In this document: in pieces, positions 1-12,630 of the stretch
Layout of the letters: each line of letters begins with the position of its first letter
How positions within the stretch are numbered: the first letter of the stretch is position 1
Assembly: GCF_001447785.1 (NCBI RefSeq)
Contig: NW_015166480.1
Coordinates: 246,485-310,484 of the forward strand
Direction: 5' to 3'
Length of the DNA stretch: 64,000 nucleotides
DNA from: Gekko japonicus
Lineage: Eukaryota
Made by a program: the position numbers and the translations under genes
Notes under the pieces: model-generated
What the model was told of the DNA's origin: nothing
Seen by the model: the letters and a program-made list of their open reading frames with translations, nothing else
Databases searched by the model: none

Positions 1-539
1 GTGACCCCTGTGTGAATACTGGAGCCTGGAGCCATGAAAAAGACAAGACAAATCTTTCTACACACCTGAGAAAAACCCCAGGTTTGCAGAAATATCTGAA
101 ATCTAACTATACAAAAAAGTTGGGGGTGTTAAACACCCCCCCAATAATAGAAGCTGTGCCTGTACCTTTAAGAAAGGCAACCTCACTGGAGATTGCTATA
201 CAACCACAACAGTCTTACCAGGATTCAAACCTTGGTTTCTGTCAGGAAAAGATAGGAGGAAGGTTACATTTGGGGTTAACTTGGCCTTCCAGTACACCCT
301 TGCTTACCTCCCTCCTGCCCTGATGAGAGGACTCACAGGGGCTAGGCCCAGCAGCAACCACCAGACAACTTGCTACCGTGCAATGTGTGCAACTCATCCA
401 GGTGTGGTGGTTACGACTTAGCCACACCACTCACTTGGACTGAATGGCATCCTCCACACAACTTGGCCAGCACTGTCAATGGCTGCTGCCCAACTCAACT
501 GAGCAGCTTGCTACTGTATGACTTTTGCAACTTGGCTGA

Positions 540-775
540 GTGCCGGTGTGGTAGTATGGTTAGAGGACTAGGACCTGGAGACAAAGGTTTGAATCTCCAC
601 TTTGTCATCTAAGCTGCAGGGTAAAATTAGGCCAGCCATTCGCTCTCAGCTTAACCTGTCTCACAGGGTTGTTGTGAGCATAAACTAAGGAAGGCAAGAA
701 TGTTGTAAACTGTTTTGGGACACCACTGGGGAGAAGGGTGACATATAAATGAAGCAAATGAATAATAAATAAAGC
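540..775 (+). mobile_element. tRNA-derived SINE (squamate type)
   Basis: Degenerate A box (gtggtagtatggtt) and B box (ggtttgaatctcc), body ctcacagggttgttgtgag, AATAAAT tail. Related pieces at about 6540-6740 (-), 24590-24765 (+) and 43302-43425 (+). Confidence 0.65.
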
Positions 776-1645
776 TGAAGACCAGAGTGGGAGGGCATAT
801 AAAAGAAAAGTCAGTTTGTGAGCAGGAAGGAGAGAAGGAAAAAAGGAAAGGAGAAAGGATAAGGGCTGCCAGGAGGAGAGAAGGAGGGAATAGTTTTGGG
901 AAGGGGATGCAGGAGAAAATTAAGTGACCTTTGCAAGTCCTTGTGGGTTACCAGCTTGTATTATTTAAAATCAATATAACATTTTAAAAAGTCAACACTT
1001 TTACAACTGTGTTTATCAATGTCGGAATTTACGGTAATTTAACCTTGTACAAAAAGACGTAAAATATTCTAAGCAATGGACATATCAGTTTCTACAAATT
1101 ATTAATATATCCGCAAAACTGTAGAACATTTTAGAAAATCTGATTTCATAAAACCAATATTGCCTTAATCCAAAACAATAACACACTTTTATTTTAATTA
1201 ATAAAAGAGATGTCATCAGTTCATTTAAAGTTGCGCTCAAATACAAACAGTAAATCTTTTTTAAAATTGTGAATAACTACATGGACAATTTGACCAATAT
1301 TTAATAAACCAACCATGTTACTATTTACATCCTGTTCTAAATCAAATGCAGTACTAGTGGCAATCTGTGTACCTTGTATGACAACCCAGTAAAACGCCAA
1401 GGGTTGTAATCCTCACTAGGTTCCTCTCACCACCATTTTTTTTTTATTATTGTTATCTAATGAAGACAATGGGGGAGGGGAAACATTTATTTGGTGAAAG
1501 TGGAAGATTTGTGGCAAAGTTGACAGGAATACCACATTCTGAATTTATGCTTCAGACAATTTTCCTTTTTGTTTCCCTNNNNNNNNNNNNNNNNNNNNNN
1601 NNNNNNNNNNNNNNNNNNNNNNNNNNNNNNNNNNNNNNNNNNNNN

Positions 1646-1679
<34 letters not shown>

Positions 1680-1730
1680 TCCATTTATTAATCGCTTTCC
1701 CCAGTGGGCTCAAAGCGATGTACAGTTACT
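1646..1730 (-). repeat. (AAT)n microsatellite, probably the tail of an L2 or SINE 3' end
   Basis: Visible AAT run after the gap, followed by an L2-like terminal stem (atcgcttt...aaagcgat). Confidence 0.5.
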
Positions 1731-3574
1731 CCATATATAGACAAGGGACTAACAATGTTCGTAGGGGATAGGGAAGACAACATATATTCACTTTAATTGC
1801 ACGCGCCGTCACTGCCCGGTGTAGATGTCTTCTGGCTGGCTCCGTCATTGCTGTCAATTCCTGAGATATATCCATGCACACCACTGAAAATACCAGTAGT
1901 GGCTTCCTAAGTAGAGTTACACCTTTCTAAATCCATTAATGTCATTATACTCTGAAGTAATACAGAAGAAAAAAATATGGTTTTAACTTTTAATTAAGAA
2001 TTTGGAGGATATCTCTATGGAGACGATATCAACCTGAAAGTCAGAGAGCCTGAAATGATGCCAAAGAGTCTGTTGCATTTTCTGTCCATGCTTGTTCTTT
2101 AAAACTGCCACTTATTTTTAATATATATATATTTATAATAAAAGACAAAAAGGATGCAAAGCAATACCAATATAAGTTAGCAATATTGAGATGCATGTAT
2201 ATAAATCTTTTTTTTAAATAAAGCAGTTTACATTCACAGAACATTTATTGCAAGTTCTGTGTAATGTATGAAGTAGTATGCACTAAATGTATTCCTCCTC
2301 CCTGAATCAGTAAAATGTTTTTTTATAATTAAAAACTGAAAAATATTTATAAAATTATTCCAAAATGAAAGTCATTTGATTGCCGCTGTATAAACTAACC
2401 CTGGAAACCTGGAATTGTTCTTTTTAAATTGTATAAATAACTGCCTGGCATCTGCCTTTATTTTAGTTACCTTAATCCTTCTTAGCCACTGATAGCCTTG
2501 TTCAATTATACCTTTGATACAGTGGATGCCTACTCTTGCAGCCCCATCCCTAGGACATTGATGTGAGCATACAGCCAACACCGCTAGTTGCTGTCCTATG
2601 TTTGCTTAGCAGAGGGGATGATATTTGTTGTTTTTCATGTCCTTGCAGGTATTGGTGCTTTGTTAGCACCTTGAGTCAGAAAAGATAAGGCAGGACAAAA
2701 ATATTTTAAATAAATATGTGAAACAAAAACTCCATACAAAGGTGCTCACAGCACAGTCCATACTGACCTCTCCAACCTCCATCAGTCATGATGACAACAC
2801 TGCTCCCATGACAAACAGGGAAGCAACCATTCATTATATGCTGATATGTCCATATCCCTTGACCAAGGCTAACCTTTGGGGAAGGGGTGGGGGGTCTCGT
2901 CTGTGGACAGCTAAACCTTTATTGAGGGATAATCTTTTATGTAATTACTTCTTTCATATAGAATAAAATGATATTGTTTAGGAAACATTTTAAGAATGAA
3001 AGGGGTAACAAAATGCACTTTCCCAAGATCACTGACAAATAACAGCATTGGACTGCAGTTGAGGCATGGGAGGTCTGGCAGTGGGAGTAGTGTCAGTTCT
3101 GGGAGACAAAGACAGGAACTGGAGCTCATTGTTTGTCCATTCTCCATCCTATCTGAAGAGATGGACGTATGCTGACTACTAGTGTTCTTCTGTTCTTCTG
3201 AGCTTTGTGGAATCCTGTCAGCTCTGGGATTCCTGTCACCATCCATCACAGTAACTGGGTTAAAATGATCCATAAAGGGACCATATGTTGCTTTGGAGGT
3301 TGCTAGTATTTCAGTCATATCATAGCCAAATTTGGAAGATTTTGTCAGCAAAGAACTTCACAAACCTGTCACGGCTAGCTGTCAATTCCTAGGAATCTAA
3401 AGGCTCAAACTTCGAACTCAATAACTGGCAAGCATACAGTACAAAAGAAATCAGAAAAATGCAATGTCCATACATCCCTACATCACATCAGTAAAGGTTA
3501 ACTAATATTAATAATAATAATTTTATTTTTTGTGGCTATTTCTCTGTGTGTGTGTGTGTGCGTGCTTGCATGCC

Positions 3575-3770
3575 TTGAAGTCATGCTGACTTCGGGTGAC
3601 TTCTAGTGGAGTTTAGACATTTTCAGAGAGGTGACTTGATAGCCTGCCTCTGAGTCCCAAGTCCTGGTAATTTCTTGGAGGTCTCCCTTCCAATTACTTG
3701 CCAAGGTCAGCCCTGCTTAGCTTCCGAGATGTAATGAGATCGGGCTTGCCTGAGCTATCCAGGTCAGGGC
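3575..3770 (-). mobile_element. 5S rRNA-derived SINE (diverged)
   Basis: Minus strand reads cccgatctcattacatctcggaagctaagcagggctgacc...ttggaagggagacc, which resembles the 5S rRNA internal control region. Confidence 0.7.
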
Positions 3771-4698
3771 AATAATAATAATTTTAGATAAGGATTTCAC
3801 ATTGGACTTGGGTGGGATCCACCATCCCTATAAAAACAAACATTTCCTTGTGTAAAGGTATGCAGGAACGCACCCTTGGTTTTGTACAATCAATCACGAA
3901 ACCTGAGATATACTTAAAATATATTCTAGGCACAGTCTGGCTGCTCAGTACTGATAGCAATTCAATTTTGTTTTATTACAAAGTAACTATTTTACCATGA
4001 GATCTATATAATGTACTGAGATTGCTTTTCAATTCAGGTTGGGGAGCCAATGTACAAAACAAAACTTGTGCTTGTCTCTTTCCACCCAATGTTGAACCTG
4101 CTTATAATAAGTATTTAGGTTTATGTCAATCAAACTTCAGTTTTAAGTGGCAGGAGTCTTCTAAACAAAGGCTTATTGGCACATTTTGAGGTTTTCCTAT
4201 CTTTGTAAGATACTTTTGCCTTTGTTGTGTGCTCATATTGTATAAATTGATTGATGGATGAAAATAACATGTAAAGTTTTAGAATAAGTTCTACTAAGAA
4301 AATGTAAAGTAGAGCAACTTAATGAGACTAGAAAACACAGTTACTTTTAGTATGTTTACAATATTTACAGAAAGCCACCAATAATTTACAGAAAAATACA
4401 CACACACACAAAGTAATATTGCATAATCTCCATTTCATTTATAGTGTTCTCAGGTTATGATTTGCTTAATGTTTCTTTTGAATAAATTTCTAAACAGTAG
4501 TGTAGTAAATACTATCTCTTCACTATATTTTGATAAATGACCCTGAATAATAATCATAAAGGTAAGCAAAGTTCCCTCTAAGCTGTGCTAGGCGGTGCTG
4601 GCACACAAAATTTAGCTGGCAACACAGAGATTTTTGCCACAGCCCACAAGTGAACTGAGAAGGCATTTTCCCCTCCTTTGATATCAAAGGTTTTTTTG

Positions 4699-5373
4699 AT
4701 GCTGAGTTTCAAGCCAACTTTTGCGCTCTCCTCCCAAGGAGCAGGCATCTTTTAATTTCATGGCTGCAGTCACTGTCTGCAGTGATGTTGGATCCCAGGA
4801 ACGTGAAGTCTGTAACTGCTTCCATGACTTCCCCTTCTATTTGCTAAGGAGTGATGGGCCCCATCACTCCTTAGCAAACCTAGACAGCATAATAAAAAGT
4901 AGAGACATCACCCTGCCAACAAAAGTCCGTATGGTCAAAGCAATGATATTCCCAGTAGTAATGTATGGCTGTGAGAGTTGGACTATAAGGAAGGCCGTGT
5001 ACCGAAGAATAGATTCTTTTGAATTATGGTGCTGGAGAAGACTCTTCAGAGTCCCTTGGACTGCAAGAAGATCAAATCAGTCAATCCTAAAATAAATCAA
5101 CCCTGACTGTTCCCTGGAAGTACAGATAATGAAACTGAAGCTCAAATACTTTGGCCACCAAATGAGAAGGGAGCACTCACTGGAGAAAACCCTGATGCTG
5201 GGAAAGATTGAAAGTAAAAGAAGAAGGGGACGACAAAGGATGAGATGGTTAGACAGTGTCATCGATGCAACGAACATGAAGTTGAGCACACTCCAGAGGA
5301 CAACAGAGGACAGGATGATGTGGTCCATGGGGTTGCAAAGAGTTGGACTCGACTGTGCAACTGAACAACAACA
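4699..5373 (+). mobile_element. BovB-like RTE LINE 3' fragment with an inverted 5' part
   Basis: 4873-5373 (+) encodes NLDSIIKSRDITLPTKVRMVKAMIFPVVMYGCESWT...LKYFGHQMRREHSLEKTLMLGKIE and ends in a (CAA)n tail. 4699-4860 is upstream RT sequence on the minus strand. Confidence 0.9.
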
Positions 5374-5512
5374 AGCTTCAAAACACACACACACCCCCGA
5401 GCCCCAGATACCCCTGGGGGATTGATTCTTCATTATAGCCTATGGGACCCATTGACTATAATGGTCTCCATAGGCTATAATGGAGCGGGGGGGGGAAATC
5501 ATTTTTCTCCAC

Positions 5513-5780
5513 ACACCCTATTATGCTTTTCAGTATGATTTGCAAGCTGCCTTGAGTTACAGGGAAAACTGGGATATCAATATTTGAATAAATATGTAGT
5601 TTGAGCAGGTAGATAAAATTTAAACAATGTCCTGTTTGTTCATTTTTTTGTACACCCCCTATTATGCTTTTCAGTATGATTTGCAAGCTGCCTTGAGTTA
5701 CAGGGAAAACTGGGATATCAATATTTGAATAAATATGTAGTTTGAGCAGGTAGATAACATTTAAACAATGTCCTGTTTGT
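5513..5780. repeat. Direct tandem duplication, period about 141 bp
   Basis: ttatgcttttcagtatgatttgcaagc...tcctgtttgt occurs at about 5521-5639 and 5662-5780. Confidence 0.9.
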
Positions 5781-7009
5781 TAGGTTAGACATGGTTCTTA
5801 CAGTGATTGTTCCACCTTGTTATACTTGACCTGTAATGCTGGTTGTCATATTTCACTTAGAAAGTAGATTGAAAGACTCCCTCCACCCAAGTGCTGGTAT
5901 GTTCTCTCTCTCTCTCTCTTTTTATAATCTATTTATTAATTTTCAAAACAAAAAAAAGGAAATTATATACATAACCATAAACAGACTTCTCAACACATCA
6001 CAATGATCATACAGACTGGTTAATTATACATTTCTACCATTCTACCAAGGATTTTATATAAATATAATTCTAACAGCTGATAACATTTTAAATTAAATAT
6101 GTGCACTGTAATATAGTAATACAAGCAGGGAAACTGCAAGGACTTATGGAGGACATCTCATTTTACCCTCCCACACTATTTCCTCTTCCCCTGTCCCTTA
6201 CCCCTTCCTCTTCCCCTTCCCTTTTTCCTGCTTCCTTTTTCTCCTTTCCACTCATCAGCCAACCTACCTGTATTTACCTCCTGTGTTTAACTTTCCCTCC
6301 TTTGCTCCCACTGGCAGCCTCTCCCTGAACTCTGCACAGTTCCAGCTGCTGGACTGGGTGCCAGTCTCATTGTGGGGTACTGAACCTGCAATGACTTTTG
6401 TGGGGTTCCTCACCTTCCCCACACTATTTCTTCTTTTCCTCCTCCTGGCAACCCCCATATCACCACCTTTCCATGTTTATTTTCTCTTTTCCACCCACTA
6501 ACCTTTTATTTATCCATCATCTTCAGCTATATGTTTTGTTTACTTTATTTATATACTACCTTTCTCCGCAATGGAGACCTGTAGCAGCTTACAGCATTCC
6601 CCTCTCCTCCATTTGATCCTTACAACTCTGTGAAGTAGGTTAGTCTGAGAATGTGTGACTGGCTCAGGGTCACCCAGCAAGTTTTCCATGGCACAGTAGG
6701 TATTTGAACCTGTGTCTCCCAGATCCAACTCTGAAACTCTTATTGTTACACCCAGGGGTCATTTCTTGCGAGAGCGCATCAGAGCGGTGCTCCGGCAGTA
6801 AGGAGCCTAGGGGCGGGCACATGCAGCAAACCCTGCACCGCCTTCCCTGGCCTGCCTGCCAAAGCAGGCAGGCAGGGGAAGGCCTTTGAAAGAGCAGGGA
6901 AGCATTTAAATGCCTCCCCGTACCGTTCCTCACTCGCCTGCCTAAGTGGGTGGGTGGGGGAAGGCCTGCTGAGACCCCCTGCCTTCCCTGGCCTTTGAAG
7001 GGTGGGGAT

Positions 7010-7650
7010 TGTGTCTCTCTCTCTGTCCCTCCGTTTCTCTCTCTGCCACTCTGTATGTGTGTGTGTGTGTCTGTTCGTGTGTTTCTCTCTCCCCTGTTCA
7101 TGTCTCTCTCTGCTCCTCTGTTCCTCTATGTTTCTCTCTGCCCCTCCGTGTGTGTGTGTGTCTCTCTCTCTATTTGTGTGTGTGTGTCTCTCTGCCCCTC
7201 TGTGTGTGTGTCTCTCTCTCTGCTCCTCTGTCTCTCTGACTCTTTCTCTCTCTGCTCCTCTGTGTCTGTGTGTGTCTCTCTCTGCTTGTCTCTTTCTCTC
7301 TGCCCCTCTGTGTGTGTGTGTCTCTCTGCCCCTGTGTCTCTCTCTGTCTGTGTGTGTTACAAATACAAATACAATACCTTTATTGGCATAAAATATCAAA
7401 TACACATGCAGCAGAGCCTCAAGATAGGCTGGAGGGGTATCACATTCCGAATTGCCTTAAGATGAGCCTCTCCTCCTAGTTACCTCATAAAAAAAATTTG
7501 CTACAGGTTCCAGAATTCTGTGTGTGTTTGTGTGTCTGTCTGTCCATCCCTCAGTCTGTGTGTTTCTCTCTGTGTCTCTCTGTCCCTCTGTTTCTCTGTG
7601 TCCCTCTTTGTGTGACTCTCTCTTTATTTGTTTTTTTCTCTCTGTCTTCC
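7010..7650. repeat. Compound (CT)n/(GT)n low-complexity array
   Basis: Interleaved ctct/gtgt units at 7010-7357 and 7519-7650. Confidence 0.9.
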
Positions 7651-7679
7651 TATCAAGGTCAGTATTGTTTCAGGGGGTT

Positions 7680-7743
7680 TCAAGCTCATACCTTGATTCA
7701 AACTTTGTTGGTCTTAAAGGTGCCACTGGACTCAAACTTTGTT
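7680..7743 (+). mobile_element. Penelope-like terminal repeat fragment
   Basis: aagctcataccttg...ttgttggtcttaaaggtgccactggactc resembles the reverse complement of the hammerhead-bearing element at 47291-47413. Confidence 0.55.
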
Positions 7744-7982
7744 AGACAAGACAGGCAGACGGCATTATTTTCTCCTTTTGCCTTACCTTTTTGTGAAATA
7801 TTTGGATGATGGTAAAATGCAGACCTTTTTGGAGTTAAGTGGCTTTCTGTGGCTGGGGCCATGTGCTTGTTGTCTCTGGATGAGGCTGAATGAGGGCAAC
7901 ATGACTTAAGGTTCCAGAGAGTGTAAAGTAAAGTGCACAACCCCAAGGGTTTTGTCAGGCCTTTTCTTACACAACAACAAAA

Positions 7983-8203
7983 TTGTTGGTGGAAAGTGCC
8001 ATCAAGTCGCAGCTGACCAATGGCGACCTCATAGTGATTTTTAAGGCCTGAAATGTTTAGAGGTGGTTTGCCATTGCCTTCCTCTGTGTCACAACCCTGG
8101 GCTTCCTTGGTGGTCTCCCATCCAAGTACTAACCAGGGCTGACCCTGCTTAGCTTCAGAGGGTCTGAGAAGATCGGGCTAGCCAGGGCCATCCAGGCCAG
8201 GGC
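7983..8203 (-). mobile_element. 5S rRNA-derived SINE with RTE-type tail
   Basis: Minus strand: cccgatcttctcagaccctctgaagctaagcagggtcagccctggttagtacttggatgggagacc (5S head), then gaggaaggcaatggcaaaccacctct. Further copies at about 42885-43042 (-) and 46485-46665 (+). Confidence 0.8.
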
Positions 8204-8604
8204 AACAACAGAATCCTGGCACTTTAAGTGCCACTTAACTGGGATGATCACTGCATTTCAAAGGGGGTCAGGTTAACGATGTCTTCAATGGGTCCTTTAA
8301 AAAGAATATTGTCAAAGAGGTTCCAGAACTCTGTTCTGGCATGTTCCCCCAGAAAAAAAAGCCCTGGGAATTGTCTTGCTCACAGCAACAGGCAAAGCTT
8401 AGCTTGTATTCACTTGAAGAGGGCAACTTGGTATTTAATGTTATTATATGTGTCATGTGTGTAAGTCTGTTTTAGGCACACCTCTCTCTCAAGGGGTCAG
8501 GTTATTCATAATNNNNNNNNNNNNNNNNNNNNNNNNNNNNNNNNNNNNNNNNNNNCCAGGAGGCTTTGTATAGCAACTATCACAAAAATAAATAGCAATA
8601 CTAG

Positions 8605-8807
8605 TAGGGCTGCCAAGCCGCGACGGGGGATCCGCACGTCTTTACAGGATCCCTGCCACGGGGGACAGTGATACGCGTTGCACCGCCGTCGCCAGGATGT
8701 GATGCTACGCATCGCTCTAGCAACGGTGGTGCAATGTGTATCGCTGTCCCCCGCGACAGGGATCCTGTGAAGACGTGCGGATCCCCCGCTGTGGCTTGGC
8801 AGCCCTA
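8605..8807. mobile_element. Palindromic hAT-type MITE
   Basis: The 203 bp element is one imperfect hairpin (TAGGGCTGCCAAGCC...GGCTTGGCAGCCCTA). Exact 8-bp target-site duplication (TSD) AATACTAG at 8597-8604 and 8808-8815. Confidence 0.9.
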
Positions 8808-10489
8808 AATACTAGCTTGATCTGTATTTCCATGCTTGTTGTAGGGTAGCTTCCGGTGATGTCGGGGTGTGTGGCATATGCAGATAAGGTATGCTAATGA
8901 GTTATGCTAATGAGCTCCTGCACCTCTTTTTCTACAAAATGACCCCTGTTACACCACACTGGCTTTCATGGGGTGGCTGCTGTTGAACAGCAGCAAGCAG
9001 CTGGTCCTCGGTGAGTCATACATATAGTGTGTTCATTTGTTGCCTGGTGATTGCTGCCAGGCCTGACCCTGATGAGTCCTCCCTCAAAAACCAAAACAGC
9101 CCTGAAAGGGGCCCTGTCCTTCCCCTTACCTTTTACTGACAGAAACAAAGGCTGGACGATTGGCAAAATGGTGTGGTTGCCTAGCAACGGCCTCTGAGGT
9201 TGTCCATTTCTTAAAGCTATGGGCGCTCTTTTTATCCTTAGGGTTTTACCCCCCCCCTTTGTGTTGTTTTTTGTTTTTGTTTTTTAGATTTGAGATTTTC
9301 CAGCAAACCTGGTGCTTTTCTCAGGTTTGTAGAATGATCTAGTCATTCAATGGCCCCAGCCTCTGGATTTAAGTATTCACAGATTTGGCCTCATTGAGGC
9401 TTAGATACATTGATATATTTGTTAATTGCAATGTCAACAACCCTTATAAATTTTAGCAGTCTCTAGAGTGTGCCAGATAAGACACTTGTCAAGATAGTTT
9501 GATTGGGAATGAACTACTGCAAAACTGTAGGTAAATATATATTGGTTGACCTGATTTGTATCTTTTCTACCCAGTTGTAGTTGATGTATTGGCCATGGTC
9601 AAGATTACCTTACTAGACTTTAACTGGAACATTGACAACAGTTATTCATACAAGAGTCCTCAATACTTTAGCATGGTCACTGTATTTTTTAAAGTACATA
9701 CTATGTTCTTCAGGCAGTATCTTGTCATGTTCAAGCAACTGTTAGCTGGAGAACTTGTATTCAAACGTAGATCTATTTGCTATGTGAAACATCAGTCAAG
9801 TTCCTCATCAGTCTGCCTGACTAAGCATAATGTATTTTTCCCAGTGGAGTGTACAGAAGACCCATGAAGAAATAGTGTTTTCTTGTCTATCAACAACTTG
9901 TGAGTCTGAAAGGCATTTACTAAATAGAGAAGCTGCTCCTTCTGAGGCAGTAGATGTAATCTAAGTATGTTACTATTACAGATGTGTTTGATTTTTTTTA
10001 AAGGATTAAGATCTCAGTGCATGAACACCAAAGTGTGGTGATTCGTAACAAAACTAACCGTGCAATCCTAAACTGAGTTATACTCTTCTTAGTCCATGGA
10101 CTTCAATTGATTTAGAAGTATATAACAACTTAGGATAGCTCGTTAATTTGCATTACAATCTAAAAGAACACCAAAATGTAATCCAAATATATTCTAGACA
10201 AACCTATAAAACCTAGGTGCATCCGAGTCATCTTCTGCAAGTGGACGTGGAAGACTTTGCACAAGCTATATTTGTAATTAACGGAGTATTCTGCTTGTAA
10301 AAAGGCTGGGACATTAAATAATATGTGTAATTCTTCCAATATGTGTATCACAGCCATTTGCTTCACTATGGTTAGATCTAAAAAAAACTAAATAGGCAAG
10401 GTTTATGTGTCTAATCAAAATCCTAGACATTTTTAACTAGTAATAAAGAGTCTTCATCCCTGACATATTGTCACGTTATTCTGTTGCAG

Positions 10490-10678
10490 TTCCTAATCAA
10501 CACATCCTAGGGGTGATTGCTCTCACATTGTTTGAAGAGTATGTATACTGGACTGATGGAAAAACCAAGTCAGTCAACCGTGCCCATAAAACTTCTGGAG
10601 CAGATAAAGCATCACTGATTAACTCATGGCATGCCATCACTGATCTCCAAGTATATCATTCATATAGACAACCTGATG
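10490..10678 (+). CDS. LRP1B: LRP1B exon A, copy 1 (189 nt, phase 1-1): end of a YWTD beta-propeller
   Basis: Acceptor ttgcag|TT, donor GATG|gtaaat. Translates [63 protein letters not shown], matching LRP1B as I recall it (YWTD motif). Confidence 0.93.
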
Positions 10679-10819
10679 GTAAATATATTTTATGTGTATT
10701 CAGTCAAGCACATCAGTATCTCACATTTTGTTAGTGTTCTGGCGGTTTTGCTTACCAAGAAGTGTAAGTAGTTTTATTTTGCATTGCTTAGGAAGTAAAA
10801 CACAGGTAAGAGTAAAGAT

Positions 10820-12630
10820 TTCCAAGCTTCTTTACAGATAAAATCTTGTCACTGTGCTGAGACTTAACTCCCTTGACCTCCTTTGGATTCAGTATTCGAC
10901 AGCTTCAGCTGGCTCCCTCATTCCAATGTTGACAGGATCCTGCATGCTGTTAAGCCAACCACATGTCTCTTGGACCTGGATCCCACATGGCTGGTAAAAG
11001 CTGGTGGTGAGAGAATACTGGGCCTCCTGGTGGACATTATCAATCTGTCAATGGAATCAGGGGTCTATCTAGCAAGGTTGAAAGAGGCTTCGGTGATACC
11101 ACTCTAGAAAAAAAAACATGGATGACACATCGGCATTGGACCCATTCCAGTCCAACCTTTGCCCCAGCCACAGGACAGAGACGGTGCTGGTTGCCCTCTC
11201 AGACAATCTCTGCAGTCAGCTGGACCAAGGCAGGTCAGCACTGCTGTTGTTACTTGATTTCACAGCAGCATCTGACATGGTCGACCATGACCTTTTGACC
11301 CACTGCCTCTCAGACATGGGGATCCGTGGGGTAGCAATGAAGTGGCTTACCTCATTTCTCCTTGGTCAGGGACATAGGGTAGCAGTACAAGAAAGGGTGT
11401 CAACTAGGTGACCCTTAACATATGGGGTCCCTCAGGAGGCATTCCTCTCGCCAATGTTGTTCATTATCTATATGCGTCCCCTTGCCCCGCTGGTGAAGAG
11501 TTTCAGGCTGGGGTGTCATCAGAATGCTGGTGACACCCAGTTATATCTGTTAATGGGTGGCCACCCAGATACCACCCTGCAAAATCTGTTCAAGGGTCTA
11601 GAGGCCATAGTAGAATGGTTGGAAAAGGGTTAACTGAGATGGAATCCAGCTAAGATGGAGGTTCTGTGATGGGGGGGGAGGTCACGGCTGGGGCGTCAAC
11701 TTCCCACACTTGACAGTGTGCCATTGATACTGTCAGGCATTTGAGCATGGTCTTGGATACCTCCTTATCTATGGAGGCCCAGATCATGAATGTTGCCAAG
11801 CTGGCCTTTTTCCAACTGTGGCAGCTGGCCCCTTTCCTGTCTCGCCCTGACCTAGCCACAGTAATCCATGCAATGGTCGCCTCCAGATTGAACTACTGTA
11901 ACTCACTTTATACTGGCCTGCCCTTGAGACTGATCCAGAAACTCTAGCTGATCCAGAATGCAGCAGCAGGAGTCCTGATGGGAACATCATGGACAACACA
12001 TATTCAACCTGTGCTGTGTCAGTTGCACTGGCTTCCAGTGGAATACCAAATCAGGTTTAAGGTTCTGGTATTGACCTTTAAGGCCTTGATCAGTCAGGGA
12101 CCCACATATCTTTGGCACTGTCTCCTCTGGTATGTTCCCTAAAGAGCGTTACACTCTGTAGAGCGCAATCTACTGGTGATCCCTAGCCCCAAAAATGTCC
12201 CTCTGTCCTCGACCAAGGCCAGGGCTTTTTCAGCCCTAGCTCCTGCCTGCTGGAACTCTCTGCCAAATAACGTCTGTGCCCTGCAGGACCTGATGTTGTT
12301 CTACAGGGCCTGCAAGGCAGACATTCTGCCAGGCCTTTGATGAAAGTGACGAGTACCATATTGGCTGGCACTCCCTCCTCCTCCTCCTCCCCCCTTTTCA
12401 ACTATTCTCCCACCCAATCTCACCTATGAGGTGGAGACAAAGTCTGGAATCTGATGTATCAATGTCCCCTGTGATTTGTTTTTAATTACTGTACTAATGT
12501 CACTTGTGAATTGTTTTAATTAGTTTATTTAAATTATTGGAATTGTTTTAATACAATATCTTTTATTGTTGCTGTTTATTGCTCAGAGACTGAGCGATAT
12601 ATAAAACACAATGATAAATAAATAAATTAA
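10820..12630 (+). mobile_element. L2-clade LINE, 5'-truncated and degenerate (copy 1)
   Basis: RT remnants LDPFQS..TETVLVAL, GVPQ, YCNSLYTGLP, IQNAAA, LHWLPV, with a TAAA tail. Lacks about 100 bp present in copy 2 near 11115. Confidence 0.85.

Larger units (their letters stand above)
6753..8948. mobile_element. Composite non-autonomous hAT-like element (about 2.2 kb) with nested insertions
   Basis: Terminal inverted repeats CAGGGGTCATTT / AAATGACCCCTG; ttacacc repeated in both flanks. The right end matches the MITE family at 40919 and 51500. Confidence 0.6.

Noticed and set aside
2911-3351. 146-aa minus-strand ORF
   Set aside because: Non-ATG start, no recognisable domain or splice context; consistent with a chance intronic ORF.
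6670-7809. Several long overlapping ORFs rich in S/L/C/V or R/E/H/T
   Set aside because: Translations of the CT/GT microsatellite, open in several frames, with no coding signature.
7983-8203. 5S rRNA gene
   Set aside because: Diverged from 5S, lacks its 3' end and continues into a retroposon tail, so it is a SINE.
1-10489. Preceding LRP1B exon, and the next exon after 53511
   Set aside because: I found no YWTD- or LDLa-coding segment with splice sites by eye; they probably lie outside the window or in a gap.
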